NCBI GenBank assembly: GCA_002414905.1
Contig: DIAY01000284.1
Coordinates: 354-64,353 of the forward strand
Direction: 5' to 3'
Origin: Holophagales bacterium UBA5066
GTDB lineage: Bacteria > Acidobacteriota > Thermoanaerobaculia > UBA5066
Length of the DNA stretch: 64,000 nucleotides
Shown here: positions 43,883-52,660 of the stretch, in pieces
Layout: each line of letters opens with the position of its first letter
Position numbering within the stretch: the stretch's first letter is position 1
Program-made: the position numbers and the translations under genes
Notes under the pieces: model-generated
What the model was told of the DNA's origin: nothing
Seen by the model: the letters and a program-made list of their open reading frames with translations, nothing else
Databases searched by the model: none

Positions 43883-44827
43883 TCAGGGGACGACGTGGGT
43901 ACCGGTCTTTCCGGCGAAGGCGAGGCTCAGGTGCGCGGGGTCGGTGATGATCGCCTCGCGGCCGCCTCCCTCGAGGAACGCGATGACGGCCTGGATCTTG
44001 GGGAGCATGCTCCCCGGCTTGAAGTGCCCCTCGGCGACGTAGCGTTTCGCCTCGGCGACCGTCATCCGGTCGACGTCGATCTGGTTCGGCTTTCCGAAGT
44101 TCAGGCAGACCTTCTCGACGGCCGTCGAGATGACGAGGAGCTCGGCGCCCAGCTGGCGCGCCAGGAGGCTCGAAGCGTGGTCCTTGTCGATGACCGCGGA
44201 GGCGCCCGTGAGGTTCCCGTCGGCATCGGCGACGACCGCGATTCCCCCTCCCCCCGCCGCCACGACGACGAAGCCGGCGTCGAGGAGGCTCTTCACGGCG
44301 TTGAGCTCGAGGATCGCCTTCGGGACGGGCGAGGCGACGACGCGGCGCCAGCCGCGCCCGGAGTCCTCGACGACGTCCCAGCCGTCCACCGCGCGGTGGT
44401 GGTCGGCCTGCTCCTTCGTCAGGAACGAGCCGATCGGCTTGTTCGGCTTCGCGAACGCGGGGTCCCCGCGGTCGACGAGACACTGCGTGACGACGGTGGC
44501 CGCGCCCTTTTCGATACCGAGTTTTCGGAACTCGTTGTACAGCGCGAGCTGGATGTGGTAGCCGATCGCCCCCTGCGTGTCCGCCACGCAGGAGTCGAGA
44601 GGAACCATGTGGAGCTCCTTCAGTGCGAGCTCGGAGCGGCGCAGGATGAATCCGACCTGGGGCCCGTTGCCGTGCGTGATGACGAGGCGCAGGTCGCCGT
44701 CCGCCAGGAGCGGCGCGACGTGCCGGCACGTCTGGGCGGCCGCCAGGTACTGGTCGGGGACGGTCTGGTGTTCCTTGTCGGTGATGAGCGAGTTGCCACC
44801 GATGGCGATGACGGCCGTCCTGGTCAC
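43883..44827 (-). CDS. arcC: Carbamate kinase (YqeA/ArcC type)
   Basis: GGAGGAG sits 6 nt before GTG 44827. AVIAIGGNSL...VITHGNGPQVG...VVAAGGGGIAV...AVIDKDHASSLLA. Confidence 0.9.
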   Translation of the reverse strand: MTRTAVIAIGGNSLITDKEHQTVPDQYLAAAQTCRHVAPLLADGDLRLVITHGNGPQVGFILRRSELALKELHMVPLDSCVADTQGAIGYHIQLALYNEFRKLGIEKGAATVVTQCLVDRGDPAFAKPNKPIGSFLTKEQADHHRAVDGWDVVEDSGRGWRRVVASPVPKAILELNAVKSLLDAGFVVVAAGGGGIAVVADADGNLTGASAVIDKDHASSLLARQLGAELLVISTAVEKVCLNFGKPNQIDVDRMTVAEAKRYVAEGHFKPGSMLPKIQAVIAFLEGGGREAIITDPAHLSLAFAGKTGTHVVP

Positions 44828-44894
44828 GTGAGTCTCCTCCTGTCGGCGCAGCCGGCGGCCGCGCGCTGTTTCCGGCGAAGAGAGCCGGTCCTGC

Positions 44895-46220
44895 TCAGAA
44901 CCGCTCCCAGAGGGCCGCGGCGAGCCGGCGGCTCTCGGCGGCGAGGGCGGCCTCGTCGAGGTCGAGCTCGAGCTTCCGGCCGTGCATCAGGACCCGGCCG
45001 CCGCAGATCGTCGTGTCGACGCTCGCCTGCGAGATTCCGTAGACGAGATGCCCGAGGACGGTCGAGTCGTTCAAAGGCGTCGGAGCGTGGTAGTCGACGA
45101 GGATGACGTCGGCCGCGGCCCCCGCGGACAAAGTGCCGATGGGGAACCCCCAGAGGGTCGAGGCGATCCTCGGGTTCTGGACGAAGAGCGCGCCCGTCAG
45201 CTCCATGAAGCCGCAGCTCGGGTTCTCCTGCTTCAGGTGCTGCGCCCAGAGGCCGACCCGAAGCTCCTCGAGCATGCCGACCGTCATCGCGTCGGTCCCG
45301 AGCCCGACGGGGACGCCGCGCGAAACCAGCCCGAGGACGTCCGTGATGCCGACGGCGTTGTTGAGATTCGACTGGGGGTTCGTGACGACCCAGGCTCCGC
45401 TCGCGGCGAGGAGGTCCTTGTCCGCGTCGTCGCAGTGGACGGCGTGGGCGGCGATGCTCCCGGCGCGAAGGATCCGATGGTCCACGAGTCTTTTCGCCGG
45501 GGTCTTTCCGTACTTCGTCCGGTTCGCTTCGACGTCGGAAGCGGCCTCGGCGACGTGGACGTGGAAGCCGATGCCGAGGTCCTGCCCCATCCGGGCCGCC
45601 TTCGCGAGCGTCTCGTCGGACAGCGTGAATGCCGCGTGGAGGCCGAAGAGGGCGCGCAGCTGCGGGTCGTTCGCCGCGGCGCACTCGCGAGCGAAGGCGG
45701 CGTTCTCCGCGAGGCCTTCCTCGGTCACGGCGGCGCCGTCGCGGTCCGAGACCTCGTAACAGAGGCAGGAACGAAGCCCCGTCTCCTTCACGGCCTTCGC
45801 GATTCTGCCGAGCGATCCTCTGATCGCTCCGGGGCTCGCGTGGTGGTCGACGAGGGTCGTCGTCCCCTTCCGGATCGCGTCGAGGAGCATCACCTTCGCG
45901 CTCACCTCGACGTCATCGAGGGAGAGCTTCCGGTCGAGGCGCCACCAGAGGTTCTCGAGAACCTCCTGGAAGCTCGCGCTCGGCGCGGCCTTCCCGAGGC
46001 CGCGCACGAGCGTCGAGTAGAAGTGCATGTGCGCGTTGACGAGACCCGGAAGGACGAGCTTGCCCCGGGCGTCGAGAACGCGATCGAAGGGGCCCGGGAT
46101 CTCCTCCGCCGGGGCGATCCGCGCGATGCGGTCCCCCTCGAGAAGGAGGGCCTGCCCTTCGAGGACCCGGCAGGGATTCCCGAAGGTGACGAGAGTGCCG
46201 TTTCGGATCAGGAGCCGCAT
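44895..46220 (-). CDS. ssnA: SsnA-family aminohydrolase (selenium/purine-cluster-linked amidohydrolase)
   Basis: GGAGG sits 6 nt before ATG 46220. MRLLIRNGTLVTF...LVLPGLVNAHMHFYSTLVRGL...FQEVLENLWWRLD...GTTTLVDHHASP...FHVHVAE. Confidence 0.85.
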   Translation of the reverse strand: MRLLIRNGTLVTFGNPCRVLEGQALLLEGDRIARIAPAEEIPGPFDRVLDARGKLVLPGLVNAHMHFYSTLVRGLGKAAPSASFQEVLENLWWRLDRKLSLDDVEVSAKVMLLDAIRKGTTTLVDHHASPGAIRGSLGRIAKAVKETGLRSCLCYEVSDRDGAAVTEEGLAENAAFARECAAANDPQLRALFGLHAAFTLSDETLAKAARMGQDLGIGFHVHVAEAASDVEANRTKYGKTPAKRLVDHRILRAGSIAAHAVHCDDADKDLLAASGAWVVTNPQSNLNNAVGITDVLGLVSRGVPVGLGTDAMTVGMLEELRVGLWAQHLKQENPSCGFMELTGALFVQNPRIASTLWGFPIGTLSAGAAADVILVDYHAPTPLNDSTVLGHLVYGISQASVDTTICGGRVLMHGRKLELDLDEAALAAESRRLAAALWERF

Positions 46221-46257
46221 CGGGACCTCCATTTCGAGAGAAGAGGGGCCTCGGGGG

Positions 46258-47715
46258 TCACCCGAGGCCGACCTGGGCGTTGAACTCCTCGATGAGCCGG
46301 TCGAAGTGGACGACCTCCTCCTCGAAGAGCTGGCGCCAGTATTCCGGGTCCCACTGGGCCTGGATCTCCTCGTAGGTCTTCCCCTGCTGCTCGACCCACG
46401 TGTAGTACTTCAGGTTGTGGATCGCCTTGCGGTCCTGATAGCTCAGCTCCTTGAAATAGTCGACGGACTGGCGCTCGAGGCTTCCGGCGGAGGTCCGCGC
46501 CGCGTCGATCGCCGTGAAGGGGCCGCGCTCGGCCGTCAGCTCCGCGAGGCGCGAGAGATACAGCTCCGCGCTGTCGGTGAAGACGGTCATGACGACGTCG
46601 TTCTCGTCGAGCTCCCAGTACTTCGCGGCCTTGATGGCCGCGAGGAGGTTGCAGATGCAGCTGATGCCGAGGAGGTCGAGCTTCCCGACGGCGTCGTCGG
46701 CGGCTCCGATCGCGACGAGGAACTCCCGGCCTGCCGGCTCGTTGAAGAGCCGGAGGAGGCGCATGCAGTCCTCGTCGTCGATGGCAGCCACGGCGTCGGT
46801 GCTTCTCGCGTTGTGGACCCAGGGGACGTGCTTGTCGCCGATTCCCTCGATCCGGTGCCCTCCGAAGCCGTTCATGAGAAGGGTGGGACACTGGAGGGCC
46901 TCGGTGGCGACGGTCTTCATTCCCGGGAACTTCGTCTTCAGGTAGTCGCCCGCGGCGATCGTTCCCGCGCTGCCGGTCGCGCTGATCCAGGCTGCGAGGC
47001 GCGCCTTCGGCCCGCGCACCGCGGCGTAGGCCTCCTCGACGGCGGGGCCGGTCACGTTGTAGTGCCAGATCGGGTTTCCGAACTCGTCGAACTGGTTGAA
47101 GATGACGTTAGTCGGGTCGTTCTTGAGCTCCCAGCACTTGTCGTAGATCTCCTTGACGTTGCTCTCGCATCCCGGAGTCGCGATGACCTCGGCCCCGATC
47201 TCGCGAAGCCAGTCGAAGCGCTCCTGGGACATCTCCCGGGGGAGGATCGCGACGGAGTGGCAGCCGAGGATCGCCGAGTCGAACGCGCCGCCGCGGCAGT
47301 AGTTCCCGGTCGACGGCCAGACGGCCTTGTGCTTCTCGGGGTCGAACTCACCGCTGACGAGGCGGGGTACGAGGCAGGCGAACGCCGCGCCGACCTTGTG
47401 GGCGCCGGTGGGGAAGTACTTCCCGACGAGCCCTACGATCCGTGCCTTCACGCCGGTGATCTCCTTCGGGATCTCGAGGTAGTTCGGTCCGCCGAAGAGG
47501 CCGGTCTCGTGGTCGTTCTTCCAGGTGATCCGGAAGAGGTTCGCCGGGTCGACGTCCCAGAGGCCGACCCCCTCGAGCCGCTTCTTCTGAGCCTGAGGGA
47601 TCAGCTCCGGATCCCGCATCTGCCTGAAGGTCGGGATGACGATCCCGCGCTCCCGGCAGCGCCTGGCCGTCCGCTGCCGGACTTCCGTGTCGATGGTCTT
47701 GACGATGCGCGACAT
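46258..47715 (-). CDS. Fold-type II PLP-dependent enzyme (Trp-synthase-beta / cysteine-synthase superfamily), 485 aa, function unassigned
   Basis: ATG 47715 lies 11 nt after the ygeW stop. FPTGAHKVGAAFACLV (candidate PLP Lys), WPSTGNYCRGGAFDSA, ISATGSAGTIAAGDYL (Gly-rich phosphate loop). A ~120-aa helical C-terminal extension. The upstream 744 codons of track ORF 46258..49947 are an out-of-frame artefact. Confidence 0.7.
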   Translation of the reverse strand: MSRIVKTIDTEVRQRTARRCRERGIVIPTFRQMRDPELIPQAQKKRLEGVGLWDVDPANLFRITWKNDHETGLFGGPNYLEIPKEITGVKARIVGLVGKYFPTGAHKVGAAFACLVPRLVSGEFDPEKHKAVWPSTGNYCRGGAFDSAILGCHSVAILPREMSQERFDWLREIGAEVIATPGCESNVKEIYDKCWELKNDPTNVIFNQFDEFGNPIWHYNVTGPAVEEAYAAVRGPKARLAAWISATGSAGTIAAGDYLKTKFPGMKTVATEALQCPTLLMNGFGGHRIEGIGDKHVPWVHNARSTDAVAAIDDEDCMRLLRLFNEPAGREFLVAIGAADDAVGKLDLLGISCICNLLAAIKAAKYWELDENDVVMTVFTDSAELYLSRLAELTAERGPFTAIDAARTSAGSLERQSVDYFKELSYQDRKAIHNLKYYTWVEQQGKTYEEIQAQWDPEYWRQLFEEEVVHFDRLIEEFNAQVGLG

Positions 47716-47726
47716 GACGCGGCTCC

Positions 47727-48920
47727 TCAGATGCTCAGCTGCCGGCCGCGGGCGACGATCTCGTCGAGCTTCGCAGCGGGGTCGGCGATCCGCTCGAGGA
47801 ACATGAGGGCGCTGATGACGAACGGCTTGTAGGCCGCCTCCTGGTAGGTCGGGATCCGATACTGCTCGAAAACGTCGGCGCTCACCTCGCCCGCCTTGCA
47901 GCTGACGTCGGTGATGTCGGCCGGGAGGCAGTGCATGTAGAGGGCCTTCCCGCCCTTCGTCAGGTTCATCTTCGCCCGGTCGCACTCCCAGCTCGTGAAC
48001 TTCGCGTTGTTCGCCAGGCACTCCTTCTCGAGCGTCTTCAGGCCGTCCTTGTCGCCCTTGTTCAGGAGCTCGGTCCGGCGGCCCATGACTTCGTAGGGGG
48101 CCCACGACTTCGGGTAGACGATGTCGGCGTCCTTGAAGGCCGCCTCCATGCTGTTGCCGACCACGAGCTTCCCGCCTGTAGCGGCGGCGTTCTTCTTCGC
48201 AACCTCGATGACGTCCGGGATCAGCCCGTAGCCCTCGGGGTAGGCGAGGCTCACCTCCATCCCGAAGCGGGACATGAGGCCGATGATTCCCTGCGGCACG
48301 GAGAGCGGCTTGCCGTAGCTCGGGCTGTAGGCCCAGGTCATCGCGAGCTTTTTCCCCTTCAGGTTCTCGAGGCTGCCGAAGTGCTCCTTCAGCCAGGCGA
48401 GGTCGGCGAGCGACTGCGTCGGATGGTCGATGTCGCACTGGAGGTTGATGAGGCTCGGGCGCCGGTGGAGGACCCCCTGCTTCGTCCCGTCGGTGAGGGC
48501 GTCGCCGACCTCGCGCATGTACGAGTTCCCCGCTCCGAGGAACATGTCGTCGCGGATGCCGATGACCTCGGTGAGGAAGGAGATCATGTTCGCCGTTTCG
48601 CGCACCGTCTCGCCGTGGGCGATCTGGCTCTTCTGCTCGTCGAGGTCGGCCAGCGACAGGCCGAGCGCGCTCGCGGCCGAGGCGAAGGAGAAGCGGGTCC
48701 GGGTGGAGTTGTCGCGGAAGATCGAGATCGCCAGACCGGTGTCGAAGGCGCGGTAGGAGTACCCCTCCTGGTGGAGGCGCTTGAAGGTCGCCGCCAGCGT
48801 CAGGATCGCCTTGATCTGGTCTTCGGGGTGCTCCCAGGTGAGGAGGAAGTCCTTCTGGAAGAGGTCGGACTTGACGCTCTTGAACTCGGTGGCGAGATCG
48901 AGGATCGCTTTGGACGGCAT
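47727..48920 (-). CDS. ygeW: YgeW-type knotted carbamoyltransferase
   Basis: FQKDFLLTWEHPEDQIKAILTLAATFK...ISIFRDNSTRTRFSFASAA (STRTR carbamoyl-phosphate motif)...HPTQSLADL...MHCLPA. Confidence 0.85.
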   Translation of the reverse strand: MPSKAILDLATEFKSVKSDLFQKDFLLTWEHPEDQIKAILTLAATFKRLHQEGYSYRAFDTGLAISIFRDNSTRTRFSFASAASALGLSLADLDEQKSQIAHGETVRETANMISFLTEVIGIRDDMFLGAGNSYMREVGDALTDGTKQGVLHRRPSLINLQCDIDHPTQSLADLAWLKEHFGSLENLKGKKLAMTWAYSPSYGKPLSVPQGIIGLMSRFGMEVSLAYPEGYGLIPDVIEVAKKNAAATGGKLVVGNSMEAAFKDADIVYPKSWAPYEVMGRRTELLNKGDKDGLKTLEKECLANNAKFTSWECDRAKMNLTKGGKALYMHCLPADITDVSCKAGEVSADVFEQYRIPTYQEAAYKPFVISALMFLERIADPAAKLDEIVARGRQLSI

Positions 48921-48941
48921 GGCGTTCTCCTTCGTTTCTGC

Positions 48942-50291
48942 TCAGTCGTGATGAGGATGGAACTGTCCCCGACGCACGCCGCCGTCGACGAGCCCGCCGT
49001 CCGTGACGACGGTCTCCCCGTGGACGAGGACGTGGCGAAGGGCAAGTGTCGATGTGAAGCCCGGGAAGGCGTCGTACGCGTCGCTCTCGGTTCCACGGAC
49101 GGGGCGCTCGGGCCCGTTCGGGTCGAGGACGACGACGTCGGCATCGTGGCCGGGGCGAAGCGCCCCCTTCCGGCTGTCGAGCCCGAGGCGGGCGGCGGGG
49201 TTCCGCGAGAGGAGGAGCGACACCTCGGCAGCGGCCCGGTCCGGGTTGTCCCCCCAGAGCTTCCAGGCGTGGTGGAGAAGGCCGCCGACGCCGGGGAGCC
49301 CGTTTGCAACGGTCCGGATGTCCTTGCCGTCCCAGTCGTCCTTGTCGGCCTTCCGGAAGGCGCAGTGGTCCGTCGCGAGGAGGTCGAAGACCCCCTCGCG
49401 CGCGAGCTCGCGGAAACGGGCCCTCTCGCCGCGGAGCGGGGGAGAGCAGAGCCAGCGGTGGCCGTCGGGGCGGTCGAGCCAGCCCTCGTCGAGCCAGAGG
49501 TACTGGGGGCAGGTCTCGCAGGTGACGTCCTGTCGCTCGCGCGCCGCGCGGATCCTCTCCGCGGCGGCGACGGTCGAGACGTGGACGACGTGAAGCGGGA
49601 CGGCGCAACGCTGTGCGAGGTCGAGGAGAGCCTCGACCGAGGCGACCTCGGCCGCTTCCGGCCGGAGCCTTGCGTGGGAGGAGGCACGGGAGAGGTCGAG
49701 GGCGGAGGAGTCGACCGATTCGAGAAGTGCGTCGTCCTCGCAGTGGAGGAGAAAGCGGACGCCGAGTGGCCCGAGGCGCCGGAACAGCTCCTCGAGACGG
49801 GCCTGGTCGGAGAAGAGCCCGGCGCCACGGTACGTCGTGTAGAGCTTGAACGTGCGGTGGCCCGCACGGACGAGCTCCTCCATCTCCTGCCAGTCGGCCG
49901 GCTCGAATCGCGTCGGCGTCAGGTGCCACGCGACATCGACGTGGCACTTCCCCTCGGCGCGAGAGTGAACCGTGCGGAGCGCGTCGCCGAGCGACTCGCC
50001 GGAGCCCTGCGTGACGAAGGTGCAGAGCGTCGTGACGCCGTTTTTCACGGCGACACGGGTGCCGCTCTCGTAGTCGTCGGCGAGCTCGAATCGGCCGATC
50101 CGGTCGGCCACGTGAACGTGGAAGTCGACGAGTCCGGGGAGGACGAAGCAGTCGGAGGCGTCGACGACACGGTCCACAGGGCCGAGGCCGCGGCGGCCGA
50201 CAGCGGAAACACGCCCCTCCTCGAGGAGGAGGTCCGTCGCCTCGACGCGGCCTTCGGAGGCCACCCGGCCGTTCCTGACGAGGGTTCTCAA
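48942..50291 (-). CDS. hyuA: Cyclic amidohydrolase of the D-hydantoinase/dihydropyrimidinase (HyuA) type
   Basis: GGAGA sits 7 nt before the in-frame TTG 50291. LVRNGRV...VLPGLVDFHVHV...GVTT...FKLYTTY...HCED...HVVHVST...TDHC. 449 aa. Confidence 0.8.
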   Translation of the reverse strand: MRTLVRNGRVASEGRVEATDLLLEEGRVSAVGRRGLGPVDRVVDASDCFVLPGLVDFHVHVADRIGRFELADDYESGTRVAVKNGVTTLCTFVTQGSGESLGDALRTVHSRAEGKCHVDVAWHLTPTRFEPADWQEMEELVRAGHRTFKLYTTYRGAGLFSDQARLEELFRRLGPLGVRFLLHCEDDALLESVDSSALDLSRASSHARLRPEAAEVASVEALLDLAQRCAVPLHVVHVSTVAAAERIRAARERQDVTCETCPQYLWLDEGWLDRPDGHRWLCSPPLRGERARFRELAREGVFDLLATDHCAFRKADKDDWDGKDIRTVANGLPGVGGLLHHAWKLWGDNPDRAAAEVSLLLSRNPAARLGLDSRKGALRPGHDADVVVLDPNGPERPVRGTESDAYDAFPGFTSTLALRHVLVHGETVVTDGGLVDGGVRRGQFHPHHD

Positions 50292-50319
50292 TCGTGTCTC
50301 CTGCCGTCTGGGCGAAGGC

Positions 50320-51201
50320 TCAGAAGTGGATCTCGGCCTGGAAGGTCGGGGCGGAGGTCGTGTGGTTTGGTTTCGTGCTCGACGTGCCGGCAACCGGGAT
50401 GGGCGAAGGGTTCCCGTACTTGTGGTACCAGAGCTCGTATCCCGGGCCCACCTGGATGGTCCCCTTCTTCACCCCGAGGAGCGAGCCGACATCGAACTGC
50501 CAGGTGATCCTCGAGAGGACCTCCGTCTCGGTCTCCACGCCGACGGCGTCCTTCCCCTTCGGGAGCGTGGCGTAGGCAAAGCCCTTGAACGTCGAGCCGA
50601 CGTCCTTGCTCAGTGCGATCGGAAGGCCCCACGTGAGGTTGAACATCACCGTGCCGTCGAACTCGATGTCCTTCTGACCCGTGGCGGCGAACGCGTTGTG
50701 GGTCCACTCCTTGTAGTACCAGACGCCGAGGTCCGCGAAGCCCTTCTTCGGGTTGAGGTTCACAGTCGGGCCGACGACGATCATCCTCTTGCCGGGAGCG
50801 AATCCGGTGTTCTTCGAATTGAGGTCGGTTCCGACGGTCAACGCGACGTCGCGGACGAGTCCGCTCTTGATCCCGGCCTTGAAGGCCTTGTTCAGGCTGA
50901 ACTGGTGGCGGTAGGTGACGTAGATCTCCTGGGCGCCGCCCGACGTCGCCCCGTTCGCGGGATCGTAGGAGTTCGACATCAGGACGTCGACGTTCAGGAA
51001 GTTGCTTCCGAGCGAGTACCGGTTTGCAGTCGTGAACTGGACGACATTCTTGATGATGTCGTGGTCGATCGTCGGGTCGTTCACGTGATAGCAGTAGCGG
51101 TAGCCGACGAACATGTCGGACCACTCGGCGGCGGGAGCGGGGAGAGCGATTGCGAGGAGGAGTGCGGCGGGGGCGAGGAGGAGGCTCTTCGGGGCTTTCA
51201 T
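50320..51201 (-). CDS. Outer-membrane beta-barrel channel (Tsx/OmpK-like nucleoside-type porin candidate)
   Basis: GGGAGGA precedes ATG 51201. Signal peptide MKAPKSLLLAPAALLLAIALPAPAAE. Alternating beta-strand pattern, aromatic girdles, C-terminal ...FQAEIHF. 293 aa, close to Tsx size. The family call is tentative. Confidence 0.6.
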   Translation of the reverse strand: MKAPKSLLLAPAALLLAIALPAPAAEWSDMFVGYRYCYHVNDPTIDHDIIKNVVQFTTANRYSLGSNFLNVDVLMSNSYDPANGATSGGAQEIYVTYRHQFSLNKAFKAGIKSGLVRDVALTVGTDLNSKNTGFAPGKRMIVVGPTVNLNPKKGFADLGVWYYKEWTHNAFAATGQKDIEFDGTVMFNLTWGLPIALSKDVGSTFKGFAYATLPKGKDAVGVETETEVLSRITWQFDVGSLLGVKKGTIQVGPGYELWYHKYGNPSPIPVAGTSSTKPNHTTSAPTFQAEIHF

Positions 51202-51244
51202 CGGGGTCCTCCCGTGACCCGTTCGTCGAGAGAGGCCGTGGGGG

Positions 51245-52645
51245 TCATGCCTCGGCCTTCGCCGACGCGAGCTTGCTCTCCGAAGCCGCGGCGTCGACAC
51301 CCTGGAGGTGGTTGAAGAAGGCGTTCAGCGCGACCGCGACGATCGAACAGAGAAGGATACCGCTGTGGAGGAGCGGGCTCAGCGCTTTCGGCAGCTGGTC
51401 GAAGAACTTCTCGGCGACCAGCGGGATCATCCCGAAGCCGATGGAGAGGGCGACGATGTAGAGGTTCAGGCGGTTCTTCGCGAAGTCGACGCCGCCGAGG
51501 ATCCGGATTCCGGTCGCGCAGACCATGCCGAACATGACGATCCCGGCGCCCCCCAGAACGAACTGGGGGACGGAGGCGACGATGACGGCGAGCTTCGGGA
51601 CGAGGCCGAGGGTGAGAAGGATGACGCCGCCGAGGGCGGTGACCCAGCGGCTCTTCACGCCCGTCACCCCGACGAGGCCGACGTTCTGCGAGAACGAGGT
51701 ATACGGGAAGGTGTTGAAGATGCCGCCGATCAGGGTGCCGAGACCGTCGACGCGCAGGCCGTCGGAAAGGTGTTTCTGGCTGATCTCCTTGCCGACGATG
51801 CTGCCGACGGCGAGGAACATGCCGAGCGACTCGATCATGACGACGACCATGACCATGCACATCGTCAGGCAGGCGACGAGGTTGAACGACGGCATGCCGA
51901 ACTGGAAGGGGTAGACGACGGCGAACCAGCTCGAGGTCGCGAGGCCGGAGAAGCTCACCTTGCCGAGCGCGATGGCGATGAGCATCCCGAGGACGAGCCC
52001 CAGCAGGACCGAGATGTTCGAGAGGAAACCCTTCACGAACTTCGTGATGAAGAGGATGAAGACGAGGACGATCCCGGCGACCGCGAGGTGGAGCGGCGCT
52101 CCGTAGGCCGGGTTCGGGATCATCGGACCGGCGAGGTCCGCGGCATTCCTGATCATCGGGTTTCCGCCGGCGGCCCAGTTCACGCCGACGCCCATCAGGG
52201 AGATGCCGATGATGGTGATGATCGAGCCGGTCACGACGGGCGGGAAGAGCGGAAGCATCCGGCTGATGAGCGGTGCGACGAGGATGCCGAAGATGCCGGC
52301 AACGATGACGGCTCCGTAGATCCCGAGAAGTCCGATCTCCGGGTTCGTCGCCATGACGATCATCGGGCTGACGGCTGCGAAGGTGACCCCCATCATCACG
52401 GGGAGGCGGATGCCGAACCGCCAGACGCCGATCGACTGAACGAGGGTCGCGATACCGCACGCGAAGAGGTCCGCGTTGATGAGCATCGCCATCTGGTCCT
52501 TCGGAAGCTTCAGCGCCCCGCCGACGATGAGGGGGACGGCGACGGCGCCCGCGTACATGACGAGGACGTGCTGGAGGCCGAGGAGGATCAGCCGGGTCGG
52601 CGGCAGGACCTCGTCGACCGGGTGAATGGCGTTCTGGTTTGCCAT
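51245..52645 (-). CDS. NCS2-family nucleobase:cation symporter (xanthine/urate permease type)
   Basis: LILLGLQHVLVMYAGAVAVPLIVG...ADLFACGIATLVQ...GVTFAAV...FPYTSFSQNVGLVGVTGV... are typical NCS2/NAT motifs. 466 aa. Confidence 0.85.
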   Translation of the reverse strand: MANQNAIHPVDEVLPPTRLILLGLQHVLVMYAGAVAVPLIVGGALKLPKDQMAMLINADLFACGIATLVQSIGVWRFGIRLPVMMGVTFAAVSPMIVMATNPEIGLLGIYGAVIVAGIFGILVAPLISRMLPLFPPVVTGSIITIIGISLMGVGVNWAAGGNPMIRNAADLAGPMIPNPAYGAPLHLAVAGIVLVFILFITKFVKGFLSNISVLLGLVLGMLIAIALGKVSFSGLATSSWFAVVYPFQFGMPSFNLVACLTMCMVMVVVMIESLGMFLAVGSIVGKEISQKHLSDGLRVDGLGTLIGGIFNTFPYTSFSQNVGLVGVTGVKSRWVTALGGVILLTLGLVPKLAVIVASVPQFVLGGAGIVMFGMVCATGIRILGGVDFAKNRLNLYIVALSIGFGMIPLVAEKFFDQLPKALSPLLHSGILLCSIVAVALNAFFNHLQGVDAAASESKLASAKAEA

Positions 52646-52660
52646 GTTCTCTCCTCGGAC

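Noticed and set aside
47716-49947. N-terminal 744 codons of track ORF 46258..49947 (1229 aa), which would make a giant fusion protein
   Set aside because: That part overlaps ygeW and hyuA out of frame and is R/P/G-rich. The recognisable PLP enzyme starts at ATG 47715, right after the ygeW stop.
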